A DNA stretch of 64,000 bases from Octopus sinensis (GCF_006345805.1 NC_043006.1:3596001-3660000), one strand, 5' to 3'. Positions 23,781 to 37,500 are shown, numbered from the stretch's first letter. Notes: generated by a model from the letters alone, not told the origin. Made by a program: numbers and translations.

Positions 23781-23820
23781 CCTATCTATCTATCTATCTA
23801 TCTATCTATTTATCTATATA

Positions 23821-23881
<61 letters not shown>

Positions 23882-24170
23882 CTGGCACTCCGTCGGTTAC
23901 GGCAACAAGTGATCCAGTTGATTCGATAAACCAGCTGACAACCTGTACGTGAAATTAACGTACAAGTATCCGAGCACTCAGTAACTACGCATATCCTTAA
24001 CATGTTTCTCAGAGAGATTCAGCGTGACACAGAATGTGACAAGCTCGGCCCTTTGAATTCAAGGAGGGACAGTATATTTTTTGCCAGGTGAAAGAAAGTG
24101 ACTTGCTGAGGGACATACGGCGCCGCCGAGAATTGAATCCACGACCTTAATGTTGTGAATTCGCGCCTTC
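23882..24170 (-). mobile_element. SINE family B copy
   Basis: Reverse-complement similarity to 4738-5035; preceded by (TA)n/(ATCT)n. Confidence 0.7.
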
Positions 24171-24519
24171 ACACATACACACTCCTTTCCGCATATACAC
24201 ACATCTATACAAGTGAATGTATGTGTAAGTATATATTTATCAACAAGTTTATTCAGGAATGCGTTACTTCAATTTTCGTCGGTACGAACATCAAAGTTAA
24301 TCACCTGAAACCTTATGCCTGACTCAGAAGGAAGCATTAATCCGATCGAGCGCTCCTTTAGAGTCCGGGTAACTTCAATTAAGGGACTTCTAAAACCAAC
24401 TGTTTATAAAACATATTTAAATTTCACGCCTTGTTCTTAAAATTTCCTTATTCTTTCCTTGTTTGTAAATGCGCGCAAACACACATACACACACACATAT
24501 ATGTATGTATATATATATA

Positions 24520-24746
24520 TAAGGTTAATCCAAACGGGAAAACAGAAAAAACAACAACACGTGGAACAATTACAGTATTATTATTATTAGGCGCTCAGGA
24601 AAATGGAAGAAGGAGGGTATGACGTTTCGAGCGGAGCTCTTCGTCGGAAACATAGGAGAAAGAAAGATCCCGAGACAGGAGGACAGAGGAAAAAAAAAAT
24701 TGCAGGTAGTCTTCAAGAGGTCACATACTGACCTTCACGAGGTCAC
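24520..24746 (-). mobile_element. Hammerhead-bearing repeat fragment between (TA)n tracts (Penelope pLTR-like)
   Basis: Contains the motif at 24617-24651; both flanks are (TA)n. Confidence 0.55.
24617..24651 (-). ncRNA. Minimal hammerhead-like motif, U4C variant
   Basis: gttt CCGACGA a gagc(tcc)gctc GAA ACGT C atac; one mismatch in helix I. Confidence 0.5.
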
Positions 24747-24994
24747 ATATATATATATATATATTATATATATACATATACAAACACACACACGCACACA
24801 CACATATATATATACATATACATGCACACACACACATATATATTTATGTATATATGTAGGCATGTACGTATACTTACATATCTATATATTTATACACATC
24901 ATTCGATAGCTAGTTAGACACGGACTGATAAACACATCCATGCACATTTAAATAAATGCGTTTTTATAAATGCTTCTCTTTTTGTGTATATAAT

Positions 24995-25085
<91 letters not shown>

Positions 25086-25599
25086 TAACATATGGCGAGT
25101 CTAAACGTAATAATGGAAAATCTGTATATATCAATGCATTTATCTAACTCGCTGTGCTGCTGTTTATGTTCTGAATTTCCAGCGAGTATTCGATTTAAGC
25201 AAGCATTTTTCGTATTCTTTGCAATTTATCACCTGTGAACTCGTATACTTCTCTGAGTGTAGAACGAATTGGCACATTTCATAACGTCCTTTAAATACAC
25301 TGCGTTTAAGAAATGATTATAGGAATACAGTCAAAGCGTTTTTGATTCGTCTTTGATGAAAAGATACGCTGAATCGCAACAGACTTTGGCTTAAACAACA
25401 ACAATAACCAAGGCGATGTCGACGACTATAATGATGATAATGATGACAACAAAGGGAGAGGGTGTGGTGGAGATGTGGAGGACGGAGAAGGTAGAGGAGG
25501 ACGACGGCGACGAAGACGACATCGACCACGGTGACTTTGATGGTGATCTCGATCATAAAGAAGGGCATACAACTCATCTTGCTCCTCCTTTCCCCCTCT

Positions 25600-25823
25600 T
25601 CTTCCTTCTCTTCCTTACATCCCCTCCCTTCCTCCTCCTCTTCTTCTCCTCCTCCCTTCCTCCACCTCCTCCCTTCCTCCATCTCCTCCATCTCCTCCAC
25701 CTCCTCCACCTCATCATCATCATCGTCCTGATCCTCATCATCACCACCACTACCACTACTACTACTACTACTACTAAAACCACCACCACCACCACCACCA
25801 CCTCCACCACCACCACCTCCACC

Positions 25824-25912
<89 letters not shown>

Positions 25913-25970
25913 TATCACCATCATCATCATTATCATCACCGTCAACGTCATCATAAGCATTACTATCATG
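25600..25970. repeat. Compound trinucleotide array (CCT)n(CAC/ACT)n(CAT)n
   Basis: Directly visible. Confidence 0.95.
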
Positions 25971-27515
25971 GCCGCAATGTTTAGCAGTTTTGCCATGGCC
26001 GGATACCCAGATCTCTTACACAAATCTATTTAGTTGCAGATAACAAATACAGTCGGTTTTTAAATTCTCCGTATTATTCCTAGCCCATCTTGCTGGTGCT
26101 TTTAATAATTATGCAGTAGACCTTTTTTCAAATAATATGTCATATAGACTAGAATCCCATTGGTTCTGGCTGAAAATATCTTTAAGGATAGATGCGTCTG
26201 TAGAATATCAGCCATTTGTACATTAATTCAGGGGCAGGTAATTTGGTTGATCGAACGACTGAATACTCATCATCGAAATAATGGAGGTGCGCCAGAAAAG
26301 AAAGAAATATTTGACTGGCTCAACAAAGGGATTAACGTAGAGAATAACCTGTTTCTTTTCAGATATGGTAAGTATTTGAAATTCCTTCACACTAGTAACT
26401 ATTACTGCCACTGATATTGGAGAAACTCTGTGTTACGAATCAACAAGGGAATCTCTAATTAGTGTTCAAAATCTTACTCCAAACAAAGCTCAGCCGCCAT
26501 TTTAAAACAGATAAATAGCACCTTACATTTTACATAGCGTACTTACAGGTACATAGTAATTGTAAAATAGAGAACTTACAGGATGAATAAGGTTAAAATA
26601 TATTTGATCATAAATAACCAGAGTTGACTTCAAATCAGAAAACTGCGGCAAAATTTATATAAGCAGAGTATATTCTTCTGTTGCATTCATGCTGTTTGTA
26701 AATGATTTTGTTTATCGTATATCTAATAATCCGCTCAACATATGACATATTCAGCAGTAATGTTAGGCTGTGTATTTGTGTAATATCCAAAATAACTTTT
26801 CTACAAAACAACGAAATGCTGGAAAATTGAGCACAGCTAGCCTCCTGTGCCATGCTAATTCTTTTAGATGCTTATGTAGTCTCGAAGAAGACACATACAC
26901 CCTCTAGGCCACCTTGTCTTTGACGCAGCAGAACATCTAGGATGAGAGTTCTGGAGAGAGTGAAATCTTCACCAGCACCTGGTTGGTACATCGTGTTGCT
27001 GAATCAAATAGAGCAACTTGAAAGAAAGTAACTTGCTCATGGCTACAACTCGCATCAGAAACAGAACCCACATCCTTCTGGTCATGAACCAAGCACCGTA
27101 ATCACTAGGCCACTCGTTTTTACAGACAAAAGTGTTTCCAAAGGCCAAGCGATGATAGCTAACCAAGTGGTGGATTATTTCTTCTCGGGTGGGGGAAATA
27201 CTTCTGACCGACTTCAACACCGTTTCTGTCACCAATTTTAAAATAGTGCTTAGCAACATGAATGACTAAAACAATCAAGATTTTCTAGTTCCCTGTAGTT
27301 TCTAACGTATCAGAGTGGACTCTCAAACAATATTAATTAATAAGCATAATAAAATAATTTGATACTTCATGTTTGCTGTTATTGGATAGATATAAATGGG
27401 CGTAGTGCAAAATACGTCAAGTTAAATTTTGCTGATAAGTTAATCAACATTTAGCTGCCACTATCATTGACTGAACTAGAGCTAATAGAAGGCAATTTGT
27501 CCTCCTCTCTCTCTC

Positions 27516-27519
<4 letters not shown>

Positions 27520-27581
<62 letters not shown>

Positions 27582-27997
27582 CCTCCCTCGCTCTCTCTCT
27601 CCTATTCCAACCTTCAATTTCTCTCACCTATTCTTCCATTCTCTCTTTTTCTCTGCCACCACCCTTCTGTTTCTAACTCCCTCTCACTCGCTCTCACACT
27701 TCCATTGTCCTTTTCCACTCTCAAAGCATTGGTCAACGCGAAGCCATAGCAGAAGACACTTGTTCAACAATGCTGAAGGCTGTGGGATCGAACCCGAACC
27801 ACGAACTTATGAAGTTAACTTCTTAACCTCACAACCATACCTGCATGCATATTGCTTCAGGGTGTTCAAGATTGCTCACTGAGCGTTTATTCAGATGAGA
27901 AACTCAGATGGCGTGATGAAGTGACGGGGTTTACCTTCATATTACGCCATATTAATAAATAAACCCTGCGACATGTACTTCCTATTAACACACACAC

Positions 27998-28034
<37 letters not shown>

Positions 28035-28219
28035 ACATACGAACACAGAGCACCAACAAAACATCAGCACACCACAACAGCTACAACCACCATACATTAA
28101 CACCACCGCCACCACTTCCAGTTACACAGCTGCCACCAACACCGTTACGAATATCACTTCACACATACACACATACATATTTACACATTTATACGTACAC
28201 ATATACACATGTGTGCATG

Positions 28220-28252
<33 letters not shown>

Positions 28253-28695
28253 TATTATATATATATATATATATATTTTTCCTCCCTCGCTCTCTCTCTC
28301 CTATTCCAACCTTCAATTTCTCTCACCTATTCTTCCATTCTCTCTTTTTCTCTGCCACCACCCTTCTGTTTCTAACTCCCTCTCACTCGCTCTCACACTT
28401 CCATTGTCCTTTTCCACTCTCAAAGCATTGGTCAACGCGAAGCCATAGCAGAAGACACTTGTTCAACAATGCTGAAGGCTGTGGGATCGAACCCGAAACC
28501 ACGAACTTATGAAGTTAACTTCTTAACCTCACAACCATACCTGCATGCATATTTGCTTCAGGGTGTTCAAGATTGCTCACTGAGCGTTTATTCAGATGAG
28601 AAACTCAGATGGCGTGATGAAGTGACGGGGTTTACCTTCATATTACGCCATATTAATAAATAAACCCTGCGACATGTACTTCCTATTAACACACA

Positions 28696-28733
<38 letters not shown>

Positions 28734-28921
28734 ACATACGAACACAGAGCACCAACAAAACATCAGCACACCACAACAGCTACAACCACCATACATTAAC
28801 ACCACCGCCACCACTTCCAGTTACACAGCTGCCACCAACACCGTTACGAATATCACTTCACACATACACACATACATATTTACACATTTATACGTACACA
28901 TATACACATGTGTGCATGTAT

Positions 28922-28925
<4 letters not shown>
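27520..28925. repeat. Near-identical tandem duplication with a unit of about 700 bp
   Basis: 27578-27990 matches 28277-28690 and 28025-28225 matches 28725-28925. The differences I could see are indels in homopolymers and microsatellites. Confidence 0.92.
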
Positions 28926-28980
<55 letters not shown>

Positions 28981-29467
28981 TTATATTAATGCATATATCT
29001 ATGCATACCTATATATATATATATATATGCATAGATAGAAAGATTTATAGATAGATAAATAGATAGAGAGATAGAGAAATAGATACGGAGAGAGAAACAT
29101 ATACATGTTTGTATATATGTATATATATATGTGTGTGCATATATATACATATATATATACACACTCAGATATACATTAGCATACATACATACACATACAC
29201 AACACACACAAACGCGCGCGCATATATATTCAATTGAACACGCGCTCGCACGCACATATATGTGTGTATGTGTATTCGTGTGCTTCTCTATGAGTATATC
29301 GTTGTGTATTCATATATTCATATTGGTACGTACTAATATGTATATTTATCTACGCACTTAAATCGCTCATGCGTGTATGATGCAAACCTCATGCATTCTT
29401 AGACATTCATATTATCAGACTTTTCCCGGTCTCCGATATGTATGACAAGTACCCATTTTGCACTCGT

Positions 29468-29507
<40 letters not shown>

Positions 29508-29989
29508 GCGAGCGCTCAAAAATATACTTGTACACATATACCTATTAAACACATACGAGTTCTCAATCACACAGACACATACGCATACTCATACATATTA
29601 TACACATACATGATATACATACATACATACATACATGTAAGTGGCGCATATAATACATTCATTCAAGGCACACAAAACTCCCGCATTATAAAAACACATT
29701 CACACAACCCATTTCCTTGTCTACAAACAACACCGTTGCCCTTCCCCGCCCAAATGATTATAACCCATCTCCACCCTTGTCTACGCAAGCCACCCCATTC
29801 TCAACCCTCCCGCACCTCAGCATTATTCACCCGCTATTAACCCCCCCCCACCCCCCTACCATACTCCAATCATGAATAGCCCCTATGCATTCATACATTT
29901 GTCCTGGCCTTCTCCCCAGCCTCGTTCTCCCGCTTCCTAACTACCACTCCCTCTCTTAAACTCTCTCCCACTAATTTTTTTCCCTCCTT

Positions 29990-30008
29990 GAAAACTTTAG
30001 CCCCTTTC

Positions 30009-30047
<39 letters not shown>

Positions 30048-31070
30048 GCTATTTCTCTAGCAATCTATATCTCTATATACTTCCCCCCCCACCACCCAAC
30101 CTCCGTACGGCCAATCTCAGAAGGTTGCTCTGATGCCCTCCCCGCCACCCGGTCCTCCACCGATGTTTCAACCGTTATAAGTCGTACATTAATTATTTCA
30201 CTCAATCTACCACGAATCAACGAAAAGCGATCAGTCATGCACGTAATATGGCGGCTCTCGACCACCACCACCATCGCCGCCACCTCCAGTACTACTGTAG
30301 CAATCACCCCCACCGTCACGATCATCATCACCACCACCATTCCAACAACCATCGCCATCACCACCACCATTACCATCATCATTCTCGACTACCATCACTA
30401 CCACCACCACCACCACACAATCCCCACCACCACCATCACCGCAACCACCATCGCTATCAGCACCACCACCACCACCACTATCACTACCACCATGATCACA
30501 GCACCATCGCCGCAAACACCACCACCATCATCACCGCTACCAACATCACAACCATCACCATCATCATCATTACCTCCACAACCATCACTACCACCACCGC
30601 TGTCACTACCACTACCTGCACCATCACTGCCGCCTTCATCTTTATTACCATCACCACCACCACCACCACTACCTCCACAATCACACTCATTTCTACATCT
30701 GCTTACACACCACTACCATCATTTCTTATTTCTGTATTGCCCACAAGGGGCTAAACATAGGGGGGACAAACAAGGACAGACAAAGGGATTAAGTTGATTA
30801 CATTGACCATAGTGTGTAACTGGTACTTAATTTATCGACCCCGAAAGGACGATCTCGGCGGAATTTGAACTCAGAACGTAACGGCAGACGAAATTCTGCT
30901 AAGCATTTCGCCCAGTGTGCTAACGTTTCTACCAGCTCGCCGCCATCATCTCCACCACCATCGACACCACCAACACCACCAATATTATTAATAGCACGAT
31001 ACGCACCGCCATCGCACCCACCATCATTACCACCACCACTAACTATAACAGCACCGTCAGCAGTGCAATA
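29990..31070. repeat. Degenerate CAC/CAT-rich low-complexity array, interrupted by a SINE A unit (30745-30945, minus)
   Basis: Directly visible. Confidence 0.85.
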
Positions 31071-31129
31071 TTCGGCGTCGTAACGAATCTCTCAGTTCGC
31101 CGTGTTACAAATAATCTTTTCTACAATAT

Positions 31130-31540
31130 GAACAAGGCCGGAAATTTTCTGAGGAAGGGGATAGTCGCTTACATCGAGCTCAGTGCTCCGATGGTACTTA
31201 TTTTATCGACCCCGAAAGGGGAAACGACAAAGTTGCCCTCAAAGGCATTTGAAAAGACGAACGAAATACCGCTATGCATTTTGTCTCGCATGTTAACAGT
31301 TCTGCCAGCTCCCCTTGTAACAAATAAACTTTTCTATTAAAGGCATAAGACCTGAAATTTGGGGGAAGGGTATAGTTGATTATATCGACCCCAGTGCACC
31401 AATGGTAATTATTTTATCGACCACGGAAGGATGAAAGACAAAGTCGACTTCGATGGAATTAGAACTCGAAACATAGAAAACGGACGAAATACTGTTAAGC
31501 ATTTTGTCCAACATTTTGTCCAATTCTACCAGTTGACCTT
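31130..31540 (-). mobile_element. Two tandem SINE family A units
   Basis: ttttatcgaccccgaaagg and ttttatcgaccacggaaggatgaaag blocks about 200 bp apart. Confidence 0.75.
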
Positions 31541-32192
31541 ATTACAAATAATAGTCGCTTATATATCGAGTAAGATACACTGTTACGATGGGAAAAGGAC
31601 AGAATCGCCTACTGGAATCATACTATGAACCTGTCATATAGCGACAGGACGTGACAATTGTAAGACCAAAACGACCTCACAACTTTTAACCGCCGAAAGT
31701 AGAAGCTTTAACGGGACAAGGTAGGAAATACTACCACCAGCACAACCACCACCTATACTACAATGGCTACTAATATCGCTCCACCACCACTCACTATCTC
31801 TACCAATAATATTACAATCAGAAGCACCAGTACAGCATCTCGATGACCACAAATATTCTCCCATCTACTTTCACCATTACGAACACCCCCTAACGGTAGA
31901 AATAGCAGCTAAATACCGTCTAAGCCAGTTATTTTCAACTGGGTTTCATAAGACCCTTGGAGTCCAAATAAAATTTAGTCGTTAAAAAATTATGTGCAAT
32001 AAATCGAATATAATTCTTCAAAACACAAAATATGATTACGTGTAGATTCATCGTCATCAATTCACCTTGAAAGCTGACCGTGCGGAAATTTCGTCACGAG
32101 AAAAGTTTACTGAGAAAATATATTCATAGTAAAGGGAAAAACAACAAATTTTAAATGTCTGAGCGAGAAATATGTAGTAACAGTACCGAGCA

Positions 32193-32476
32193 TAAAGTGT
32201 ATTTGCCATCTCAATGTGGCAGTCGTAGGCAGGACAATGTTACTACTTTTTAGCCCCATGAAAACATCTTTTCCAGCTGGCTAGCGACACATGGTCTGTG
32301 TCTGCATAATGTGAGCATTGCTAAGGTTAGAAAGGGAGCAAGAAACTCCCTTGCTCACATTATGTGGACACAGACCATGTGTCGCTAGCCAGCTGGAAAA
32401 GATGTTTTCTTAGGGCTAAAAAATAGTAACATCGTCCTGTGTACGACTGCCACATTGAGATGGCAAATACACTTTA
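32193..32476. mobile_element. Fold-back/MITE-like element with inverted arms of about 125 bp
   Basis: 32193-32317 is the reverse complement of 32352-32476 with a few mismatches; 34-bp spacer. Confidence 0.85.
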
Positions 32477-32849
32477 CAATATCCATAGTATTTCACCATT
32501 TATAGTTAAAAACTATTTTATTGAAAAAATAAAAAGAAAAGGTGAATTACTGACGGTGTACTTACAGGACACGACAAAATACTTTTCATAATGTTTTATA
32601 CAATTACTTATAATATTTAATTATAAACATGCGAGTGAAATTGCAATTAAGGGGTCCCTAAGTTAAATATATTTGAGAACCTCTAGTCAATGCAGCTTCT
32701 TGAAATCTTAACAATGCACATTACACGTTACGTAACGTCGCCAGAAATGACGCGATAGCCATGGTTGGAATACTTTAATTTATATATCAGCTCATTAAGG
32801 GCTGACTTGTGATTAAACGACAGAATCATTATAATCGCAGTTACCACTA

Positions 32850-33510
32850 AACACAAAATATTCACCAATTTCACCACCACTGGGGCCTACAACGTTAATA
32901 CCACTGTTACCAGCAATACCACTACCACTACCAACACCACAATCACTACCACCACTATTATCAACAATAACACTACTAACATCAGCACTACCCACAACAC
33001 TGCCAACACCACCATTGCCACTCTCACTACATCTACTACTACCAAAACACCACTAATACTATCTCCTCTGCAACCATCGTTAACACAAACACAGAAATCA
33101 CCACTACTATTATTACTACCACCGTTGTTATCAACCTCATCAACACTACTACTACTACTAACAACCCCACCCTACTATCATCGCCACCATTATCAGCAGG
33201 GCTACAGCCCCACTACTACTACTGCCGCGAACAACAAAACCTTCAAGACTACCGCCACTACCAAAAACAACACCACCAGCAGTGCCATTAACAACACTCC
33301 ACCACCAATCCCATTACTACCACATCTACTTCTGCCTCTTCCATAAGTACCACCATCATTTACCCCTGCCACAACAAACACCATTACGAGTACCATCTTC
33401 ATCACCAATTCCATCGGCTCCACAGCAATCACTATTTCTCTTACCACCATCACCAAGCAACATAACCACCATCGACAACACCACCAGAACCACCTCCAAT
33501 AAAATTAGGA
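32850..33510. repeat. Degenerate CAC/ACT low-complexity array
   Basis: Directly visible. Confidence 0.85.
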
Positions 33511-34001
33511 GCAATGCTTCATCAGCATTGCTCTTAATATGCCGTTGTTAATCAGCGGCATATTCTCTAACAGCGATAATCGTTTTTTTTTTATCCAAAT
33601 GATATTATCACTCCGCTCCCGTTTCCTCCTCCCGTGCGGCAACTATTTGAATACCATTAGCACCTTAACGAACCTGTCTGCCTTTTCACTCTCTTCAGAT
33701 GTCTGCAGTTTCTTTCATCTAGAATCTAAAGAAAATATCTCAGATTATGATCTCTGAACACTTCAGAAGCATTTTGTGAGGAAGTTATTCATACATATAG
33801 GTGTAGACATAGAATTGAAGGTTAAGATTATCCTGACTTACAGTTTACAGTTGATGCTGTGACCAAAGTTTTCCAAATTGCCTGTCTGCGCACTTTTATG
33901 CAACTAACGCTCTCTAAAATTAATTTATCTCGAACTATTGTATAATCGGAGATGTACTTGCATAGCAAGTGATCTGATCTGAGATCGTGTGCTGGAAAGA
34001 A

Positions 34002-34290
34002 AACAATTGCAGCGTGGAAGGTGTTTATAAGCCATTTAAGAAACACACAAAAACGGTTAGATTCACTTCAACATTTAAATTTAATTTGCCAAAATATTTT
34101 CGTCGCTTTGAGACCGCGACCTGTTCACTGACAAAATTCCATGCTGCATCTCGGAATTTTGTCAGTGAACAAGATCGCGTCTCAAAGCAACAAAGTATTT
34201 CGACAAATTAAATTTAAATGTTGAAGTGAATCTAACGTTTTTTGTGTGTTTCTTAAATGGTTTATAAACATCTTCCACGCTACAATTGTT
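34002..34290. mobile_element. Long fold-back (arms about 139 bp, 12-bp spacer) with a hammerhead motif in each arm; inverted Penelope pLTR-like
   Basis: 34002-34140 versus 34153-34290 are reverse complements at roughly 90% identity by eye. Confidence 0.85.
34086..34134 (-). ncRNA. Minimal type I hammerhead motif with G3-C8 swap
   Basis: ttgtca GTGAACA g gtcgc(ggtctcaaa)gcgac GAA AATATT T tggcaa: 6-bp helix I, 5-bp helix II, palindromic helix III. Confidence 0.72.
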
Positions 34291-34399
34291 ATTGTATAAT
34301 CAGTTCGTTCAATAAAGTAGTTGCAGCATATCGTTTGCGACAAACTATGTAAGGAACAGCTTTCATATAAATAGTGTTAGAAGTAATCCTTTCCGAAAT

Positions 34400-34765
34400 A
34401 GAAAGAAGGCCTGAAATTTGGGGGAGAAGAGGCAAGTCGATTAGCTCGACCCCAGCGTTCAACTGTTACTTCATTTATCGACCCCGAAAGAATAAAAGGC
34501 CAAGTTGGATTCGGTGGCATTTGATCTCAGAGCGTAAAGACAGACGAAAAGTCGCTAAGCATTTTGATCGGTGTGCTAACGATTCTCTCAGTTCAGTGTA
34601 ATACAAATAAATTAAAGACTGAAATTTCCTGGTATTTATTTTATCAACCACGAAAAGATGAGAATCAAAGTCGACCTCGACAGAATTTGAGCTCAGAAAA
34701 TAAAGACAGATGAAATATCGCTAAGCATTTTGTCCGGCGTGCTAACGATTCTGCCAGCTTGCCGT
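34400..34765 (-). mobile_element. Two tandem SINE family A units
   Basis: Central and head blocks repeated at about 34440-34590 and 34630-34765. Confidence 0.8.
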
Positions 34766-35527
34766 GTTACAAATGATAGTATCTGATATCGGGTAAAAAA
34801 GACTTTCACGAAAGAAAAGTGAACACTGGAATCATACTATGTAACTGTCGTGTACCGAGCAACCACTATGATTGTAAGAACAAAACGACCGCACAAATTT
34901 CAACCACTAGAACTAGAAGCTTTAACTGACCAGCGCAGGGAGTACATATTTGCATATGGTTCGCTTGAAGCACTGAGAAATTTGAAACCTGGTGTTTAAG
35001 AAGTTGCAATAATGCAATAGGAACTCCTTATATAGCTCCTTATGTATCAAGTAAAATACCTTTGACGATAAAAGTGGGAACAGAATCGAATCACAGGCCG
35101 TATATTGCAATCGTTCTTAACCATTTCCAAGCTAATCGAGTTACAGCTTCTCTCGGGTTTGCCATTTGGCATTTCGCTTTGGTGTAATGGTTATCTCGGT
35201 TGTTCAGTATAAGGCAGGTATGTGGCTCGATTCCTGTAGGTAATTTCGTTCTGGCTGCTTTTTGCCGTCATCAAAGTATATCGTCATCGAACCATAAGGA
35301 ACTATTAATTATAGCACCATTTGAGAAACATCTTATTTATTTTTAAATTTCTCAATGTTTCAAGTAAGTGAAACAAATAAAAGCAATTACTCTGACTATA
35401 TTTTAGTGATATCGAAAGTCTCCTGGGAGTTATACTGAAACGGAATATACATATATTGTCTCAAGTCCCTAAATTTTGTTGTTTCTGAATAAAGCATTGA
35501 CTGAAAAAATTCACACACACACACACG

Positions 35528-35559
<32 letters not shown>

Positions 35560-36144
35560 GATGCACACACACCTATACATAGATACATACACTTATATAT
35601 ATATATGTACATTTATATATATATATACATATATATATATACATACATAATTTAAGCAGCAAAGACACGATACACGAAGTATTCGCAGCTGATTTTTCCT
35701 CGTCAGTCACACCATTTACCATTGAGACCACTCAATTTTGGAGGCGCCAGAACTCTTATTAAGCTTCTGGGAAAAAGCTAGCGAATATATACCAAGACAG
35801 AAACAAACTAGACATTATATAAATACAACAGATTAAGAATTATGCATATAAAAAAGAACGAAGCCTTACGGCTATATACAAAAGAGAGAAGAGAAAAATT
35901 ATACATATACCACAAATAGAAAAGAAAGAGCTTTTCTGTTATCGAACGAACTTAGTGAGGTGGCGCAAAGATGAAATGGAGAAAGTCCTAGAGTATGTAG
36001 CAGGAGCCTAGACCAGCATGACCTGTCTGGTCAAAGGCAATGGGAAAAGGAACAAGACTGCTTTGGTTGGACACCGGTCACGTGGTAGGAGAGAAAGGAA
36101 GTATAGTGAAGGGCAGAGGGACTAAGAAATGAGAGAGGGGATGA

Positions 36145-36207
<63 letters not shown>

Positions 36208-36373
36208 AAAGGCCGGGATTGAAATTGTTCCCTATATATTGGAAGAAAATAGCAAAATACGTTGTCTAGAAATTTGTTTTCTCAATTGAATTTATTCAAT
36301 TGGAATACGATTTATTCTTCCATTGGGAAGCCAATTCTGAATTCATAATACGATAATAATAATAATAATAATA

Positions 36374-36444
<71 letters not shown>

Positions 36445-36454
36445 TAATAATAAT

Positions 36455-37500
36455 AAACGAAACATTTTATCATATGCACAACGTTGTTCTGGAAAAAGTT
36501 TAGGTTCATGTTCATTCACAAATGCAGCCAAACCTGTGATAATTTGTCTCTCTTGTTATGCCACTTGAAGTTAAATCACTAATTTGATGGCTTGTTTTTG
36601 GCAATCTAGAGCCAGACTCTTGCAAATCTTTGCCTCCCATGGCCAAAACTTGATCCTCAATTTTAGTCAGTGTTTGATTAGAAATTGTTTCAGAAAATTG
36701 AACGTTGATATCTGGGTCCGCCTGTTGAACTGCATACTTTACGTCCTCGGCAATATCCTCACAATGTTTCATCCAAAGCTGTAAGGGACTACCAAGTTGA
36801 CAGTATGTTCAGCATAATTGCAAAATGGTTACAGAGTTTACTTGGAGAATCTGATACAAATGCTTCAGTCAATGCAAGGTCCCAATGTTCATCATTTTGT
36901 AAAAAAAAAAAAAAAAACCTTGTTGATAGCATGGTTCCCTATAAATTTCACACACATGACCATTTACCCTCCTCGAATCTTGGAATGATTTGGGACCACA
37001 TACTTCATGCACAAAGAGCCATAAGTCACAGCATTCTGCTTGTCTTGTGGTGAGGGGAGGGCACTGTAAACTCTTGCAAGAGCATTAGCCCCTCGTTTCC
37101 TCTTGCGCCAGTTATTGTTTCTTCAGGTGTAATACTTGGGAATTGTGTGTGAAGGAGTTTTCGTACATCTTCATCTACTTGACACAACTTTAAAAAGGCA
37201 GTAAGGGTAGTTTCTTTTGGAGAAAATGCTCATTGCAAGGCTGTTTGTTTTGTAAAGATGACCCTGTGGCCATTCTCTAGATGGACACTCAGATGAATGA
37301 TGGCTGGGTGCCTCTCATGAATGGGAAAACCGAAGATGCGCCAAAAAGCCTCAATGGTACTGATGTATCTTCCTGTGTTTTTTATCTGCTGACTGCCATT
37401 CTGCATAGGAGTGTATGTTGCAGCATCTAAACCTTTGTATATTTGCAAACATACTTAATAGAATTAACAGAGTTGCAGAATTCAACATTGATTCTGGCTA
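36455..37500 (-). mobile_element. Decayed Helitron Rep/helicase fragment
   Basis: Minus strand reads INVEFCNSVNSIKYVCK, GRYISTIEAFWRIFGFPIHERHPAIIHLSVHLENGHRVIF, ETTLTAFLKLCQ, NQTLTKIEDQVLAMGG and EQRCAYDK; these are typical Helitron RepHel motifs. Truncated at (TAA)n 36352-36454. Confidence 0.88.

Noticed and set aside
25317-26033. Long ORFs with poly-T/I/M/V/E runs (also 14742-17565, 29988-30797, 44147-44743, 45751-46365, 48156-48708)
   Set aside because: They are translations of stop-free microsatellites and low-complexity arrays, with no domain content or splice context.
26900-27300. Moderately GC-rich unique stretch with short open frames
   Set aside because: No recognisable homology or convincing splice sites, and every frame contains stops.
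35176-35240. tRNA gene
   Set aside because: Only degenerate A- and B-box-like motifs; no cloverleaf can be formed. The tRNA-like heads at 10108-10252 and 61580-61645 are likewise SINE heads, not tRNA genes.
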